NCBI GenBank assembly: GCA_000708835.1
Contig: DF237261.1
Coordinates: 41,865-105,864, forward strand
Source: Klebsormidium nitens
Taxonomy: Eukaryota; Plantae; Klebsormidiophyceae
DNA length: 64,000 nt
Direction of reading: 5' to 3'
Below, in pieces: positions 13,301 to 26,550 of the stretch. The stretch's first letter is position 1, and every line of letters starts with the position of its first letter. Below the pieces are notes generated by a model. The model was not told where the DNA came from. It was given only the letters and a program-made list of their open reading frames with translations, and searched no databases. The position numbers and the translations under genes are program-made.

Positions 13301-14628
13301 GATCTTTGGGGCCCGTCAAAGTGAGTCAGCTGTTTCAAGACAATGCGGAAGTTGGACCACACGATCATTTGTTTTATGAAACACGCAAAATCTTGCGTGC
13401 AAGGTGAACTGAAAGCGTCCTCCGTGCAAGAGGTTCTGTACGCCTTGTTCAAGTCAACATTGACGTTAATCCAGTTGCTCTCGAGTTGACAAATTGGAGG
13501 AGCGGAGTCAAAAAGCGGGGGAGAACGAGGGGTTTGGATACTGACCGTCTGTACGTAACCTTGGGTCCCTTCTCGAGAGCAAGGTAAACGACTTGCAGGT
13601 GGGGGCTGCAGAGGAGGGGTGTGGATCGAAACCTGCACAGAGAAGAGCAAACTGTATACACTCCAAGCGCAGAGGTAGAAAACCGTAGGAGAAGCCATAT
13701 ACACAAGATCATGCTGACGTGGAGAAAGTCTGATTGCAAGTTCTTGAGGTACTGTTTCCTTACCAAGGTTCGGTTGTGGATTGTTTCTGGTGCAACCGGC
13801 TAAAAGGAAGTGAATGCTATCTCCAATGCATTCTGAAGTCAAAACATACTGTTAAAGTGAATACGAAAATCCAGCATAACCTGGGCTTCCCTTTCAAGAC
13901 TGACTTCTGAATGGACTGTTTGGCGTTAAAGCAAATGTGAGCGGTTGCGACTCCCAAGCCGTTCCCTTAGTAGCTCCAAACTATCCACGTGTTGGGCAAG
14001 GACGGCACTCGTGTTTCGATGATGACCAGCGCAACACACGCCCCTACTTTGCAATGACACAGCTCCTTTGCACAAAGATGTGGAGCTTTGCGCTTGATGT
14101 TTCAGAAAAGATCGTAATTGGCATCATCTGTCGCTTTTTGTGATGTAAATGAAGCTCAAAACTAAAGGCCTACCTGCCACGGGTGAGCGACTTGCAGTGT
14201 TTTGCGGCCAGCTTAGTGATGGGCGAATCACGATCCCATTCCACCTCAACCTTGGATGTTCCCAGCAAAGCCTCTAGGAGATAGAAGTCCAGCGCCCAGT
14301 ACAAAAAGGCGCCTATCCCCACCAAGACCGCCACTGCCACCCACACCCAGTCCGGCTGGTGCGAAAAGCCCCCTGGGCAGGTCTGTGAGTCCATCGCTTT
14401 GCTGGCCGCTGGCCGATGGGACAAGCGCCGATCGCTTCGTAGGTGAGTGCCTGATGCGGGAAGTATTCGTTCAAGAGATTGTGAGTAGGGGTACTGAGAT
14501 ACAGTGAAGGACATGGACCTTCCATCGTGTCTTCGTTTCACATTCTGTCGGTGGTTTGCTTTTGCATAAAAGAATGCTGGTCTTTGGCCTTTCATCTTTG
14601 GTACAGGTGATGAGGACTTTTGTCCCAC
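10372..14628 (-). CDS. Alpha/beta hydrolase (EMB8/ABHD1-3/YheT-like esterase), 6 exons: 14628(or ~14394)-14174, 13632-13546, 13224-13017, 12286-11894, 10850-10641, 10437-10372
   Basis: In-frame splicing gives an N-terminal TM segment, RFRSTPLLCSPHLQ, DGGSVGLDW, TPGLTSDS (oxyanion region), NHRGLGG, HAGWTTD, nucleophile GCSLG, acid ALDDPIC and catalytic His in GGHLA. The start codon is uncertain. Confidence 0.9.
11745..11920 (-). repeat. Three tandem degenerate copies (~72-nt period) of the exon-4 end plus 5' splice donor of the hydrolase gene
   Basis: On the minus strand: CGGGTAATCGCCAAATACGAG|GTGAGG (real), CGGGTTATTGCTAAATGCAAG|GTTAGG and CGGATTATTGCCAAGTACAAG|GTGAGG. Confidence 0.8.
12270..12790 (-). 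repeat. Degenerate tandem copies (~147-nt period) of the hydrolase exon-4 acceptor/exon start
   Basis: Plus-strand ggttgcgtcagactg...aagggca recurs at about 12275, 12424 and 12573, and more weakly near 12717. Confidence 0.7.
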
Positions 14629-16578
14629 ATAAAGATGTTAACATTCCCAGGCGGATTGAAACCCAATGATCTGGGTTCTCCCAGATGAGCTTACTGCAGA
14701 AGCTCTTCCACTGTCAACTAATACCAGCTTTTGCGCCTCCTGAATGTGCAGAGGGACGGAGCCAGCGGGCTGACATCAAGATCTGGCATGTCGCATACGA
14801 GTATGGTGACCTGATCAGTCTCGCCTGCAAAAGTGTGCATTTTGATATTGCAGATTTCCGTGACCTCTGATCCCGATCGTATTACGTGCTCTGAAAACAT
14901 GCAGAACCAAAGCCGACAACAATGTGATTTTGCACCACCAGCTATACATCTACCCAAGAGGATTCAAAACCCAATAAGGAGCAACTGCATTCACAACAGA
15001 GATCCACCTGATTATTTGATTTGGCGGCGAAACACACAAGAAGAAGGTTTTCTTGCATGGCCCTTACTTGAATGCAAGCACAGCAAACTAATGGAATGCT
15101 TTGATTGAATTGCCCAAGCACAGCATTCGAGATTGTGAAGAATTAAAAGGTTGGACACAGCTTGTGAAAGACAGTCCGCACAAGCCACAGAAAGCTACCC
15201 AAGCTTACAGATCTGGGCGCATTCAACCACTGCTGATTCGAGATCGCAGCATTCGAATGCTGCATTTAGCGTCTTACTGAAACCATCTATAAACGTTGGG
15301 GGTCAGATTGAGAAAAGCTGACTCCTGGGGTGGGTATCCTCGAGGAGCCATACCTTGAAAAAGTTGCTGCGCTGGGCTTCTTCCAAGTCCACTCTTTTTA
15401 TCGGATTTACGATGTTGCAGAATGCAGGCCTCAACACTCACGGATCGATAGTCAGATGGTGCATGCCACTTGCTGTTTGAGCAACATGAATCAAAGCACT
15501 GATTCGTGGAAGTCAGATTGAACCCCTAAAGCAAGGATGTAAAGCTAACTCTCTCATGTAGCAGACGCTTTGACCTGCACGCTTGCACAATCGCACTTTA
15601 CAGTTGAGCTGCAATGCCGACTCAACGCCGTTTGCAGTCCCACTGCCCTGGCGCCCTTCTAACCTGCTTGGAAGGGGTTTCTGGCTGAATTCGACAGACG
15701 GTACCGAGCTAGGGACAGGGACTACAGGCCACCACCCTGACCATCCTGCAGCACCAGTTTGACTCGCTGGCACAGCTTTCTCTCCTCCGCTTTCAAGCAC
15801 TCAGCGAGATGGTCTGTATCCTACAGTCTACTGCTCAGTGCAAGTGCAGCACTGTGAAGCCTGCCGTGTGCACATTGCAGGGCAGGCTTGGCAGGCTGCC
15901 GTTTACTAGACCGAGAATCTATAAGCTATGAATGGGCTAGCTAGACGATTCAATGATTGTTTCCTGGAGCGGCCCGGCGGCGAAAATACCGCCGCGCCGC
16001 AGTACGTACCTACTTGTAGCGGTGCCACCGTCCGCTATTGAATGCCCGGGGCGCCCCGAGAAACCGGCCCCCGGAGTAAGCTTAAATCCAGGGTCATGAA
16101 CACGTTATTCTTGAACCGGTCGACTAGGGCCGGTACCTATCCTCCTAGGTAATTCCAGATCGCCACCAAGCGGTACTGTACTACCGCGGCGTTTAGGTCC
16201 GTATCCGTCTGCCGCCGGCGCCGAACTGACCAGAACCGGGCGGTGCTCGGGCATCGTGGGCAAGTCACGGTATGAGTGCCCACTTGGCACTGCCTGACAG
16301 TCGCAGGATACGTTCATCGGTCTGGCATGCGTAGGACGCCCAACTTGAAGTAGGCAGTGGCAAGAACTCGAGCTAGCACGTACGTCTCGGTCCAACATCG
16401 CCATAGGTATGCAGTGCGGGCAGAAGTGCACTGCATGCATTGCAATTTAGCAGTTGCACAATGACAAGGATGCAAGGAGTGACACCGACGGAGAGCATTT
16501 GACCGAGATGCTAAATGATATTTACCCCGGATGCATGTCGTATGGGCAATACTATCCAGACGACACCATCCGACGTCT

Positions 16579-19500
16579 CTAAATTTTGAGCCACTTCGGT
16601 TTTGACTTGGGCGCTCTGGCCCCCCCCTCGCTTTCCGTCTGCTTTTTGCCAGCAGCTTGCATGGCCGCCCGTTTTCTCCCCGCCTCTCGCTCGGCCTCAC
16701 CAATTTTTCCTAATCCCGGTGGCTGAGGCGCCTCCTCCCGTTTGTCTGTAACCCACTTTTGGAGGTACGGGCTTTCCGAGTCGGGTACGCTCGGCAAAAC
16801 GGCTTCTGTGAAATCCAGAAAAAGGGACCGTCAGCATCTCCTTTTGGTTCTGCTTTCCACACTGGCAGAAGGACCTTCGAACGGCACTCGCTTCATCATG
16901 CCAACACGAATCTGCGCATCTCGTTTCAATTGACTCGAAGGGCTGGGGTCGTCGTGCGAGTTAGGTGAGCAAGGGGACAGCGATTGCAAAGAGGAACGCA
17001 GGCAAGGGTTTGGAACGAAGTTACTGACTGAGCGCTTTCAGTAGCCTCGCCTCAAAGAGCCGATAGCTGCTAAATCGCCACACGCGAGTAGATGGGGAAA
17101 ATCCGTTGTCCTTCGCTCTGGTCAACGTCTTGCAAACCCGCTGATGATGATTCGCGACCAGCAAAGCAACTGATGTTCAGAGAACTCACATTCGATGAGC
17201 ATTTCTGGGGCGCTTTTGCGCATCCAAGGAACCCCGACAGAAGTAGCCGATGGAACATCATCTCAGCCTGGTCGCCGTTCATCTGACCAAGGCCCTCAGC
17301 AAGCCCATCGTGAACAAAGACGACAAAGGATATGCCTCCAGGGTGATCAAGACCCAAAAGTCAGTAGGATACCCCCACGTGGCACCTGACCTTTGTCATC
17401 GACGGCCCAAAAGACCTGCGCGAGCGGCACTAGCCCCGCCTCCCACAGCGTCCGGCTCCGGTCCACTAGCCGCTGCTTCGGTGGAACCGTGAAGAGATGC
17501 CACGTAGCGACGCCTGGTCGCACGATGGTCGAGATGAAAGCGTACAAGCCGTCGATTGTACTCTCGCTTGGGAAAGATGCCTCGACGACGTACAGATCTG
17601 GAAACTGGACTCTTATTTTTGTCTGCATGAGAAGGGATGTCACGTCAGCGAGGGAGAGTGACGTCCGCGCAAGGGGGCGATCATCGATGTCGGTGCCAAC
17701 CTGAGCGGCGGACGGCCGCCACACGTTCTAGAGGTGCAGAACAGGGCTTCAGTGGGATAAGCGCGTGGTGGGGTGAAAGGATATGAAAGGTTTCTGGCAA
17801 GTCGATGCAGTGTCAATTGAAGAGGCGACTGCGACTGAGAAATTTGGCGATGAATAAGAGGCATCAGACAAACAGGCTCGTGCAGGGGAGATCGCACTTG
17901 GAATGTTGGTAGGACTGTCAGTTTCTGTCACATTTTGTTCGTCTTATCGAGGAAACATCGGGCTTTAAACAGTTTTCGCTTCAACTCTCGACCAGAAACA
18001 GGAGGGCACAAAAGATCAAAGGACGCTCCTCACAGCTTGACCTTAGAGATGATGCTATTGATGAAAACCGCACTACGGATTCTAAGGAGTAGTGATGAGG
18101 CACCACAACTTAGAGTAGGCGCTCGTGATGAGGCACCACAACTTAGAGTAGGCGCTCGTTTCTCTGAAAGGTGCAGTTTGAGAGGGGAGCCTTACAGATG
18201 AGAAGCGCGCACGTCGTTCTCGTTCCTCCTGCTCTCGCATCGCACGAGTCTTGAGCACCGCCTCCCCTGAACCAACGGCAGTACGTTTCTGATAGATGAC
18301 ATAGGCAGGGTGGAGAGTCTACCAATGGATCCCTTCTTGGGGAGACCACACCGAACGCATCGGTAAACCTGACTGTCAGCCTTCACACATCTGACACAAA
18401 CTAAGGCCATTCGTTATATTCAACGGCCTAGTTCCGCAGGCTTTCTGATTTGCAGAATGGTCAATGAGAAATCGGCCAAAGATTCTGTGCGGCTTTTTCA
18501 GTAAGACAAGTTCGCAAAAGAACAGCTTTGATTATGAGCGTTCGAACTCTAGAAAACGTCCAGAAGAGGCTCAAACTCCTGCTGTCTGTAGGGCAACAGA
18601 ACAACTGATGATGACCAGCCCAACGTAGGGACATACATCAACAAGTCAAAAAGACTGGTCTCCTTGAAAACAGAGTGGTTGCGAATGTTGGTATATTGGA
18701 CTTCCAGCGTAATGGGCCACAGGAGAAGGACAAGACATGAACAAGTTACCGAAGAGGGGCTGCGTCAAGCTGTAGATACAAGCACAATTCTGCTGAAACG
18801 TTCTTACAGACCACGATGTTTATGGTCTTACCAGGCCTGTTCCCTTTCATTCTAAAGTAGTCCTCCGCTGTAAACTCATAGAAGTCGTCAGGCAGCTCAT
18901 CTGCAAAGGGCAGCCACACCACTGTGATTGACAAACATGCCTGCATAAACCTATGACCATTCCCTCAATCCTGGCCTGTCTTTTGAAAGCCTCTCATAGG
19001 GGGTTGCCACATCTCCTCTGCAGCTCCTTTGAACATCCTAAACAGGCTGACTCATCAATCAGAAGCAAATCGCCAAGCACAGCCTCCAATGAGTCGAGGA
19101 TCTTTGCACGTTTTGCTACGTCCATGTTCCATTTTAAAGCCACTATAGCCATACATGGTGTTCTTATTGGAGCTAGAAGAGCAAAGACACAGACGCAAAG
19201 TGCAAGAAGAGTCTGATGAAAGATGGACCATTTCTGCATTATTCTTGGAGAAAGCAACTATCAACTGACGTGCTGACTTTACTGGACAACGTGGAAAAGA
19301 AAGAACGTAGAGAAGAAAGAAAAGAGTGGTCACATCGAAAGAAGCGGGTCGCCAGCATTACGGAGACAAACATAGACAAAATCTTTTGAAGATCATCAAA
19401 TTCTTGCCATTAAGACCACCACCTTATAAATGGATTGCAACCTTATCATTCCAATGCTCTCACCTTGCTGGCTGGGACCAGCCGCCTCGTCCGGTGCCCC

Positions 19501-19590
19501 TGTGGTGCGCAGGTTCGTGCGCTGGAACACTCGTTCGAGGTGTCCTTGAAAATCGTTCACGCTCACGTTCACCTCCTTCCCTTCTTCCAT
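16579..19590 (-). CDS. PUX1: Plant UBX-domain protein PUX1 (CDC48/p97 adaptor, ASPL/TUG-like), 5 exons: 19590-19464, 18900-18832, 18266-18196, 17622-17391, 16805-16579
   Basis: Exon phases are consistent. Motifs DELPDDFYEFTAEDY, VLKTRAMREQEERERRARF, UBX KIRVQFPDLYVVEASF...LFTVPPKQ...AGLVPLA and C-terminal KPKWLKI parallel Arabidopsis PUX1. Confidence 0.88.
18092..18159. repeat. Perfect 33-bp tandem duplication in a PUX1 intron
   Basis: gtgatgaggcaccacaacttagagtaggcgctc x2. Confidence 0.9.
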
Positions 19591-19954
19591 TGTGACACTT
19601 CTCCAGGCGCGATAGAAACGATCGAAACCAGGATTGGCCAGAGCTGTCGTTGCAGCTTTGTATTGGCCCGGACGCAGCCTTGATTGTTGTTAGCTGCAGT
19701 GCGGATTCTGAAAGCCGCTGATGTATAAAGAGTAACGACCGCACAAGCAGGAACGGGTAGGTCCTTGGATCCGTGAGCAGCAACTGAACGCCAAGGAGCT
19801 TGTCCTACCGTATGTAGAGCTCTGCTTGATGGCTGCAAGTGCTTGCACAAGTTGGGCGATCGATGTGAAAATTTTACCATGAGAGAATTCTAGATGGGTC
19901 TGGTGCCGTCTTACTGCCGTTTAATAAGAACAACTAACCAACAGGTGAAAGGCA

Positions 19955-21930
19955 TAAAATGGACCAACCCCGTTCCGACACGTGTCCCCCCTGTTCAGAA
20001 CAACTTACGCGCCAAGTCTCCGGTCGCCATCCACCGGCCAGGTTCCGAATCCGGTCAACTTTCCTAACTGGCCGTCCGGTTCCAGTTGCGCTCCGTCCGA
20101 CTCGTCCAGTGCCCAAAGAGCTGCTTTTTGGCAGCTGCTCTTCGGCAGGTGGCCACGCAAGTCTGCCTGTTCTTCAAGACTGAGCTCAGTCAAGCTACAT
20201 AGTTTAGACTTGTCCGGACGGCCAGGCTACGTGGCGCAGACTCCCAGGGAGGTCACAATGGCGTCCCCATCATTCCAAGCAAGCGCAGTAGCCAGCAAGC
20301 AGCATTCTCTCCACTTCATCTTTGCACAACCCAGAAGCACCAGCTCGCTGTTCACCTTAGAAGACCGCGACAAGCTGTCTGATCTGCCACTTCATACGGT
20401 GGCTCAGGGACTGCAGGCTGAGCTGGCCAGACGGTGCCAGAGGGCAGCTACGACATGGCCCAGCAATTGCGAGCAGCTGCAGAATGCAGGGCGTGCTTGC
20501 TATAGCTGCTGGCGTTTAGTTTCAGGCTGCCAATTGTCTAATTCAAGAGTAGTCAATGTCAAGCGGTCAGCAGCTTGCAGCTTGGGAGCACCTTCATCAC
20601 TCTGGCATAAGACAGCTGGCAGCAAAGTACCACTGAGTGACGCTGTACTTTAGAGCTGCTGGCATGGCGTCCGACCTGCGTTTCCGCTGGGAGAGGTAAG
20701 CGATATTCTTAAGTGAGTGTACCACGCATGAGGCAAGGGACGGCTGTTGCAAAGAGCGACTTCTGTCTGAGGGCTGGCAAGCAGGTCGGAGGCGGCCGTT
20801 TTCAGTCAAAAGGGAGTCGCTTTTCCTTTAGAGATGGATGGCGACTTTTGACTGCTGTCTCTGTGATGGCTGTATCGTGAAAGGACTTGATGATCGCTGA
20901 GCTGCTTCGCGCAAACTGTTCCATGCGAAGCTGACTTGCAACTCAAAGTCTCTCCTTTTCAGTGACCCGTCATCTCCTGAAGGATCAGAAGAGGACATCG
21001 AAGGTGTTGAGTATGCTCCTCGCTCTATCGACGGTTCAGATTCTGGACGCTCCCTGGAGGACTTCTTTAGTGATGGAGACTCTGTCAGCAGCCAAGCCCC
21101 GTCGTTCTACAGGGCGATTGACAACGAGAAAAGTCGAAGCCCGCTTCATATTCCAAAAGGTCTCGCTGGTGTTCTGAGCAAGGCTTTGGTGAGCTTGCTC
21201 TGTCTGGTTTTCTACTTCCCTTATAGCAGTGCCCGCCTCTTCTTCTCGAAAGGACTTTCGGATGCTGCTTGCGATGCCGAGCCTCTTGGACACGTTTGAT
21301 ATCTGGGTTGCAAGTCGCACAATCTCCATGAATCGGTTTGAAGGTGCTTTCCGGGCGGAGTTCCTGCTTGTAGAAACCTATATCAGCTGATTAGTCCATC
21401 CACTGGGGCAATGAAGGGACCCTTTGAAGGGGAATCGGACTTGTGCTTGCATCATGAGTTGCTCACCACGACCATGTATGGTGTGCAGGGGTATGTGACT
21501 ACTTCCCCATCAGCTTTTTCCAGCGGCAGCAGCTTTAGAAAGCGGACCTGCTTAACGCCACCAGGCAACCCCCAGGTGAGAGAACAAGCTAGTACAGTTT
21601 CTGGGTGACTTGTGATTCAGGGGTAAGGTACTTTGCAACTGATCCTTGAGTACGAAGAAATCGAGTGATATCACCGCCCTGCCATTGGAAGCTCAGTGGG
21701 AACAAGCAACTGAAGTTCGCTTCGGATGCAGATCGTATCTACTCGGCCCACATCCTGTTCGAGATCTAGATTTGTCCCTCTTTGTGTTCTCAGGCGTCTC
21801 CGCGTTGCTACATCCCAGCTGGTCCTCAGAGCTTTGCGAGCAAGAGGGCTTCAGTTGAAACCTCAGTTGGCGAGCCTAACCTCGGTTTGCCAGTGCGGAA
21901 GCGAGGAGGGCTTGGAAGGAAGCATCGGCG
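19955..21930 (+). repeat. Duplicated block copy A: paralog of 26250-28325, i.e. promoter and first three exons of the primase-helicase gene
   Basis: Colinear with copy B throughout. 20269-20645 is identical to 26573-26949, while the flanks are visibly diverged. Confidence 0.92.
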
Positions 21931-22150
21931 GGTCATCCTCTCGCTATGACTCGGGCAGCGACTTGGATATGCTGACGTCAAAATATGACGACGAGAACGA
22001 GGAGAGCATGCCAGTAGTGGATTCGAGCGCTGAGCGTATCCTGGCCGTTGATGGGAAGGTGCTCCAAAAGGCTGCGGAGCGCGCGCCTTTCTCGCAGCTC
22101 AATACGGCCCCGGACCTTCAGCGCACAAGCGAGGTCTTTGCTAAGGTGAA
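20664..22150 (+). pseudogene. 5'-only remnant of the primase-helicase gene (acidic low-complexity N-terminal exons); TATA lost, stop/frameshift near 21945
   Basis: ATG GCG TCC GAC CTG...GAG AG|GTAAG splices in phase to exon DPSSPEGSEEDIEG...SLEDFFSDGD, then exon ASPRCYIPAGPQ...RKHRRVILS, as in copy B. No catalytic exons follow. Confidence 0.65.
20803..20854. repeat. Palindromic repeat array R1 (1 unit)
   Basis: Arms CAGTCAAAAG...CTTTTGACTG with inner AGTCGC/GCGACT. Confidence 0.85.
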
Positions 22151-23358
22151 AAAGAAACTTGAACGCTTTTCTGACATAGTCTCAATACAGTCTACAAAAA
22201 GACGGCTAAAGATGTGCTGTCAAAAGAAAAGGTGTGGCCCAGAATCTGGAGCCTTCAGAGAGGAGGGTTTTTGAGAACTGTTCTCTGTCAAGCAGAGAGT
22301 TCTAGAACGACAAATGGAGCTTGCTACTTTGAGAACCAATTAGGAGCACAATCAGACGGTGACAGGCTGAGGAAAGACGGCCATCCAAATTCTAATCTAG
22401 CTACGATACAAAAGGAAGAGCGTTTCGTACTTCACCAGAGCCTGACGATCTCAGAGCACATCCCGTAGGAAAGCTGCTGGACTCCTACAGCTCAGGAATT
22501 TCTGTCTGAGCATTTCTAGTTCCATCTGGTGGCTTGGCTGTGCATGGGCATTGCTCCGTAAATGAATCAACAGTGCGGTCGAACAAGAAAAGAGGCCTAA
22601 GGCAGAAGGGGCGTATCGACGTTTTCGCTTTCACCTGCAGTCCCCCAGCCCCATTCCCAAACAAGAGGGACATCAAAGAAGACCGCTGCTTGCCTGCCAT
22701 TCCAGAGAGGCGCATGAGCAGCCGCTGTTGAAGCACGTGACCTTTCCATTGTGGATAGCATATGTGTGCCCTGTATCAAAGCGGATAGCTTGTAGTACGA
22801 ACCGGTTTAAGATGGCAATGAAACTGAGTGGAGACAGTGAAAATCTGGACGACAAGGATGTATCGTAAGCAGTCAAGAAAGCCATGCGTGCACGTTGCAT
22901 CATTGCAAAGAGAAGCTAGCAGCTGGGGAAGTGCAGCAATTTGATATGAGCATTCGAAAAGCTAGCTAGGATTGCTTTGTCCCGTGAGGGACGCGTGCAT
23001 GGTAGCACGAAACTTTCAATGAGTCAAAATATTGCAATTTCGCACTTCACTAGATGCTTCGTCATACAGGAATTATTCCTCATGAATGATGTCGTTGTTA
23101 TGGAGCAGCTCGCAATATTAACGCTGCATCGCTTCACGTCCAAACGATCACCTCTTTTCTTAGCTGACCCCCCTCACCAGCAATGATGCATGCTAATGCC
23201 AACGGTGAACAAGCATCGAGGACTGGCCACAGAGGCAAAATAAGATGACGGTGTTCATGACGTAGCCTGTCAATATAAGGCCAATGCTTACCCAAGATTC
23301 GTCGAGATCTAATTATGGACAATCCAACCTTCAAACCTCGTTGAAGGACACGTGGTAC

Positions 23359-25687
23359 CTAAGCAATGTAGGAAAGACGGTTTGGATCTAATTCTGCCAG
23401 CATCCCTTCTCTGAGGCTGCTAGCATGGGCTTGAGCGCTCCTGTAGCTCGGCAGAGCTTGGCCGCTGTTCCTAGCCATTTCGTTGTAGCAACACTCGTCA
23501 ATGTCCTCTCGTACGGCGGCATCAAGGTCGCTTTGGGCGTCGGTGTGGTGCCAGATCTTGAGTGCGCCGGGTGAGAAAGTGGGGCCAGCCAAAGTCAAAG
23601 ACTTCAGCGCGTCATCAACTGGAAAGGGAGAGGTACTGTATCAGTTGCCAAGTCAGGAACGAGTTTTACCATGATCTTCAAGCCCTGCCATCTTGTTCAT
23701 GGGACTCAATGGATGGCACCACCTATGGCCTATGTTGAAAACAGGGATTCGATGCAAGCACTTAGCAGCGACGTGGCAAAGCACACAGCAAACATGCACA
23801 GAAAACGATCCTTGAAAACAAGTTTCCCTGACTCACAGTCAATCGGTTGAGCCAGCGCCTTCGAAGCTTCTTCAATTAGGCGCCCCAGGTACTTGAAGGC
23901 CTGTGCCTGGTTCTGAAATACCACCTCCTTGGTCAAGAGTTCTCCTCCGCTGGTCTCTTGATGGAAGATGTGGCTGTTGCCGTTGAGATCAGTCATCATG
24001 GCAGGCAGATCACGGCCCGTCCGATACGTTCCGATCGTATACTGGGATAAAACCTGCCCTCTGTTCTTCTTCAGGTTTGGAAACCAGGTTTCGGGCTTTT
24101 TCAGATCCACCATTGTATAGATCTGCACCGAACATGCGTGCTTTGTCAGGTATGTTGTTGAGAGAAACAACAATGCCTAGGAAGCAACTCTCAAGCACAA
24201 TTGGGTGACAGTAGGTTGAAACCCTTACAGTTTTGCCTGATCTTGAAAGTCTTTGCAACCATTGGGTAAATCACAGAGGTGAGAGTGGAAAGCACGAAGC
24301 TGATTCAGAGTCAAGTGCAGCCCGGCCCTTGAGTGCTGTGCACGGGGATGAAAGCCACAAGATTACTTTGTTCAAGCTGCGACTTCCCACCTCATCCAGG
24401 ACACTTTCGGGTTTCTCTTTTGCGGCAGCCTTCCACTCCGGAGGAACAATAATGATGTCTGTCTTGGTCGCTTTTACTGCAGTCCGCTTCTGTGGCGTAG
24501 CCTCGCTCTTGGCAAAGACTTGTAGGGACTCCACCCCCAGCACTTCGACAGGAACACTGCAGCAATCAGCCATAGCGCTTTGGACAAAAGCGACCGCTCC
24601 CTCCATGTTGGAAGAATCATCTTCCCGCGCTGCAAAAACATGATTACGTGTTATTCCAGTTGCTCTCGGTCAGAAAACACCTTACAAGATGTCACTTCTC
24701 GAAGTTCAGCGCACAGAAACCAAGCTCTGCAGCCAGGCAAGAAGGACATGAGCTGGCACACAGTTACACACTCAGTGGAAGACAAATGTTAGAAGATCTG
24801 GCGGAACAGTGAGACACTTGCCAGCAGCGTTCCAGTTGAAACTCTTTTCCAGTTGACCGTCATTCTTGACGAGCTGCCGCACTCTCCGTCCTAGATGGTG
24901 ACGGACAAGAGCTTCATCAACATCCCTCAGGTCAGCACTTGAACCGCCGATAGTTAGCTGGTCGTCAAAAAGCTCTCCTCGTCCCTTCTTCTTTGCGACG
25001 ATGCCTATAGGGTCAATTGAAGTGACTGGTCAGGAAGAAGAACAACTGCGTTTCACCCCTATTAAGGAGATGCCAGGGAACTACAAGTTAGAGGAATATG
25101 GTAGCAACTTACGGAAAGTCTAGACAGGATGCTCAAGAGCAGAGGCAGACAAAGACAGTGCGGTTCAAGGCAATCTAACTTACTCCAGAACTCAGCAGGC
25201 AGGTGAAGCGTTGCAGGAGTGGAGGGACCTGAAAAAAGCACGAGTTCTTTGTCAGCAAACTCCTCAAGGATGATCTGCGCTGATCTTAGCATTTGTACGA
25301 AACCTCTGACAATTGGCATCTATGCGAGCACCAATCTTTGCCAACAAGGTGAAGCAGATTGGTTGTTAACACCTCAATTCAGTCACAAGGTTTTGTGAAG
25401 GACTTCATTGCAATGGGATCACCAACATTAAAGTGCCAAAAACCCGTCTACTTACTAGCTCTTTGATCTGGCACTACCAACTTCAACCGGGCCCCTTCGA
25501 CAACCAATTTCCTGGTGGTGTTGTCCACCTCATTCCAACAATCATGATCCCAAACAAACAACGTTCTGTCAGGAAACGCCTCTTGCAGAGACTGCAATGT
25601 ATTGTCCTTGACTGCTTTCTTGTTGTCGCAGTCTGTTGGCTTTGCCTTGGTCGACAGGCTTGCAACCTCCACAAAACGAACTCTCAT
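23359..25687 (-). pseudogene. Crinkler (CRN)-like protein: putative ubiquitin-like header plus C-terminal PD-(D/E)xK REase domain; degenerate. Exons approx. 25687-25456, 25230-25188, 25003-24772, 24630-24367, 24122-23837, 23618-23359
   Basis: The 3' exons splice in frame to give KTDIIIVP...MVDLKKPE...RGQVLSQ...PAMMTDLNGNSHIF...AQAFKYL, which fits the CRN REase pattern (D, D/ExK, Q, TDL). One exon lacks a usable donor (CAC TGA GT) and one junction is out of phase. Confidence 0.55.
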
Positions 25688-26543
25688 TTTCTGAGAATCT
25701 ATCCGTACCCTGTACTTGACTGTAGGTTCACCTATATGTCATACTCCTGCTCGTTTCTCCTAAGCCGCTCTGCTTTTCCCAGTCAGTATTTTACCTGCGT
25801 GAAAAAACACCTTCAGCGACAGAGAGCAACAGATTGAAGAAGCTACCTGGTGGCCTGTTCCTTGGGCCTCTGACTCAGACTTAGAGTTCGACTCTCAGGA
25901 AGTGCATGGACCTTGCAGCACCTTTATGCCAAAGTAGTTGTCACCTTGGAAGTGAAATGTGTCGACAAGGTACAATCTAGAGATGAGCAGGAAAAGCAGG
26001 AAACGTTCAGCTTACAACATGGGAAAAGCATCTCCTTCCTGACGACGAGTGTTAATGTTGGCTTCGTGTTGACCGGGTATCACTCTCTAAGTCCGAGTCT
26101 CGGACTCGCCCGTGTCAGAAGTCCTGCAGTCGCAGAATCTCGCTGAGCTCAGTCACTTGGCACGATGTCCCACCTCCTCAGTCAACCCACCCAACCTCCC
26201 CTTGGCCCAAGAATCTTTGGGAGCTGGCACCAACCAACTGACCAACGTAACGAGGACCAACCCCGTTCCGATACGTGTCCCCCCTGTTCGGTACGGCTTA
26301 TGCGCGCCAAGTCTCCGGTCGGCCAGGTTCCGAATCCGGACAACTTTCCTAACTGGCCCGTCCGTTTCCTGTTGCGCTCCGTCCGACTCGTCCAGTGCCC
26401 AAAGAGCTGCTTTTTTGGCAGTCGCGCTTCGTGGCAGGGTGGTCACGCAAGTCTGCCTGTTCTTCAAGACTGAGCTCAGTCAAGCTACATAATACAGACT
26501 TGTCCGGACGGCCAGGCTAGGTACGTGGCGCAGACTCCCAGGG

Positions 26544-26550
26544 TATAAAA
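26544..26550 (+). promoter_or_regulatory. TATA box (TATAAAA) upstream of the primase-helicase gene; deleted in copy A
   Basis: Copy B reads cccagggTATAAAAgcaaggtcacaatg; copy A reads cccagggaggtcacaatg. Confidence 0.5.

Noticed and set aside
14700-16100. Short ORFs upstream of the hydrolase (e.g. 15513-15800)
   Set aside because: No motifs or in-phase exon chain; more likely 5' UTR, intron or promoter sequence.
18994-19257. ORF inside PUX1 intron 1 as an extra exon
   Set aside because: Exon 1 splices in phase directly to 18900, and no convincing splice pair brackets this ORF.
19982-20653. 223-aa ORF (and 152-aa ORF at 26562-27020) as real genes
   Set aside because: They appear conserved only because the DNA patch is identical. 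The in-phase spliced start is the downstream ATG (20664/26968), so this is probably 5' UTR.
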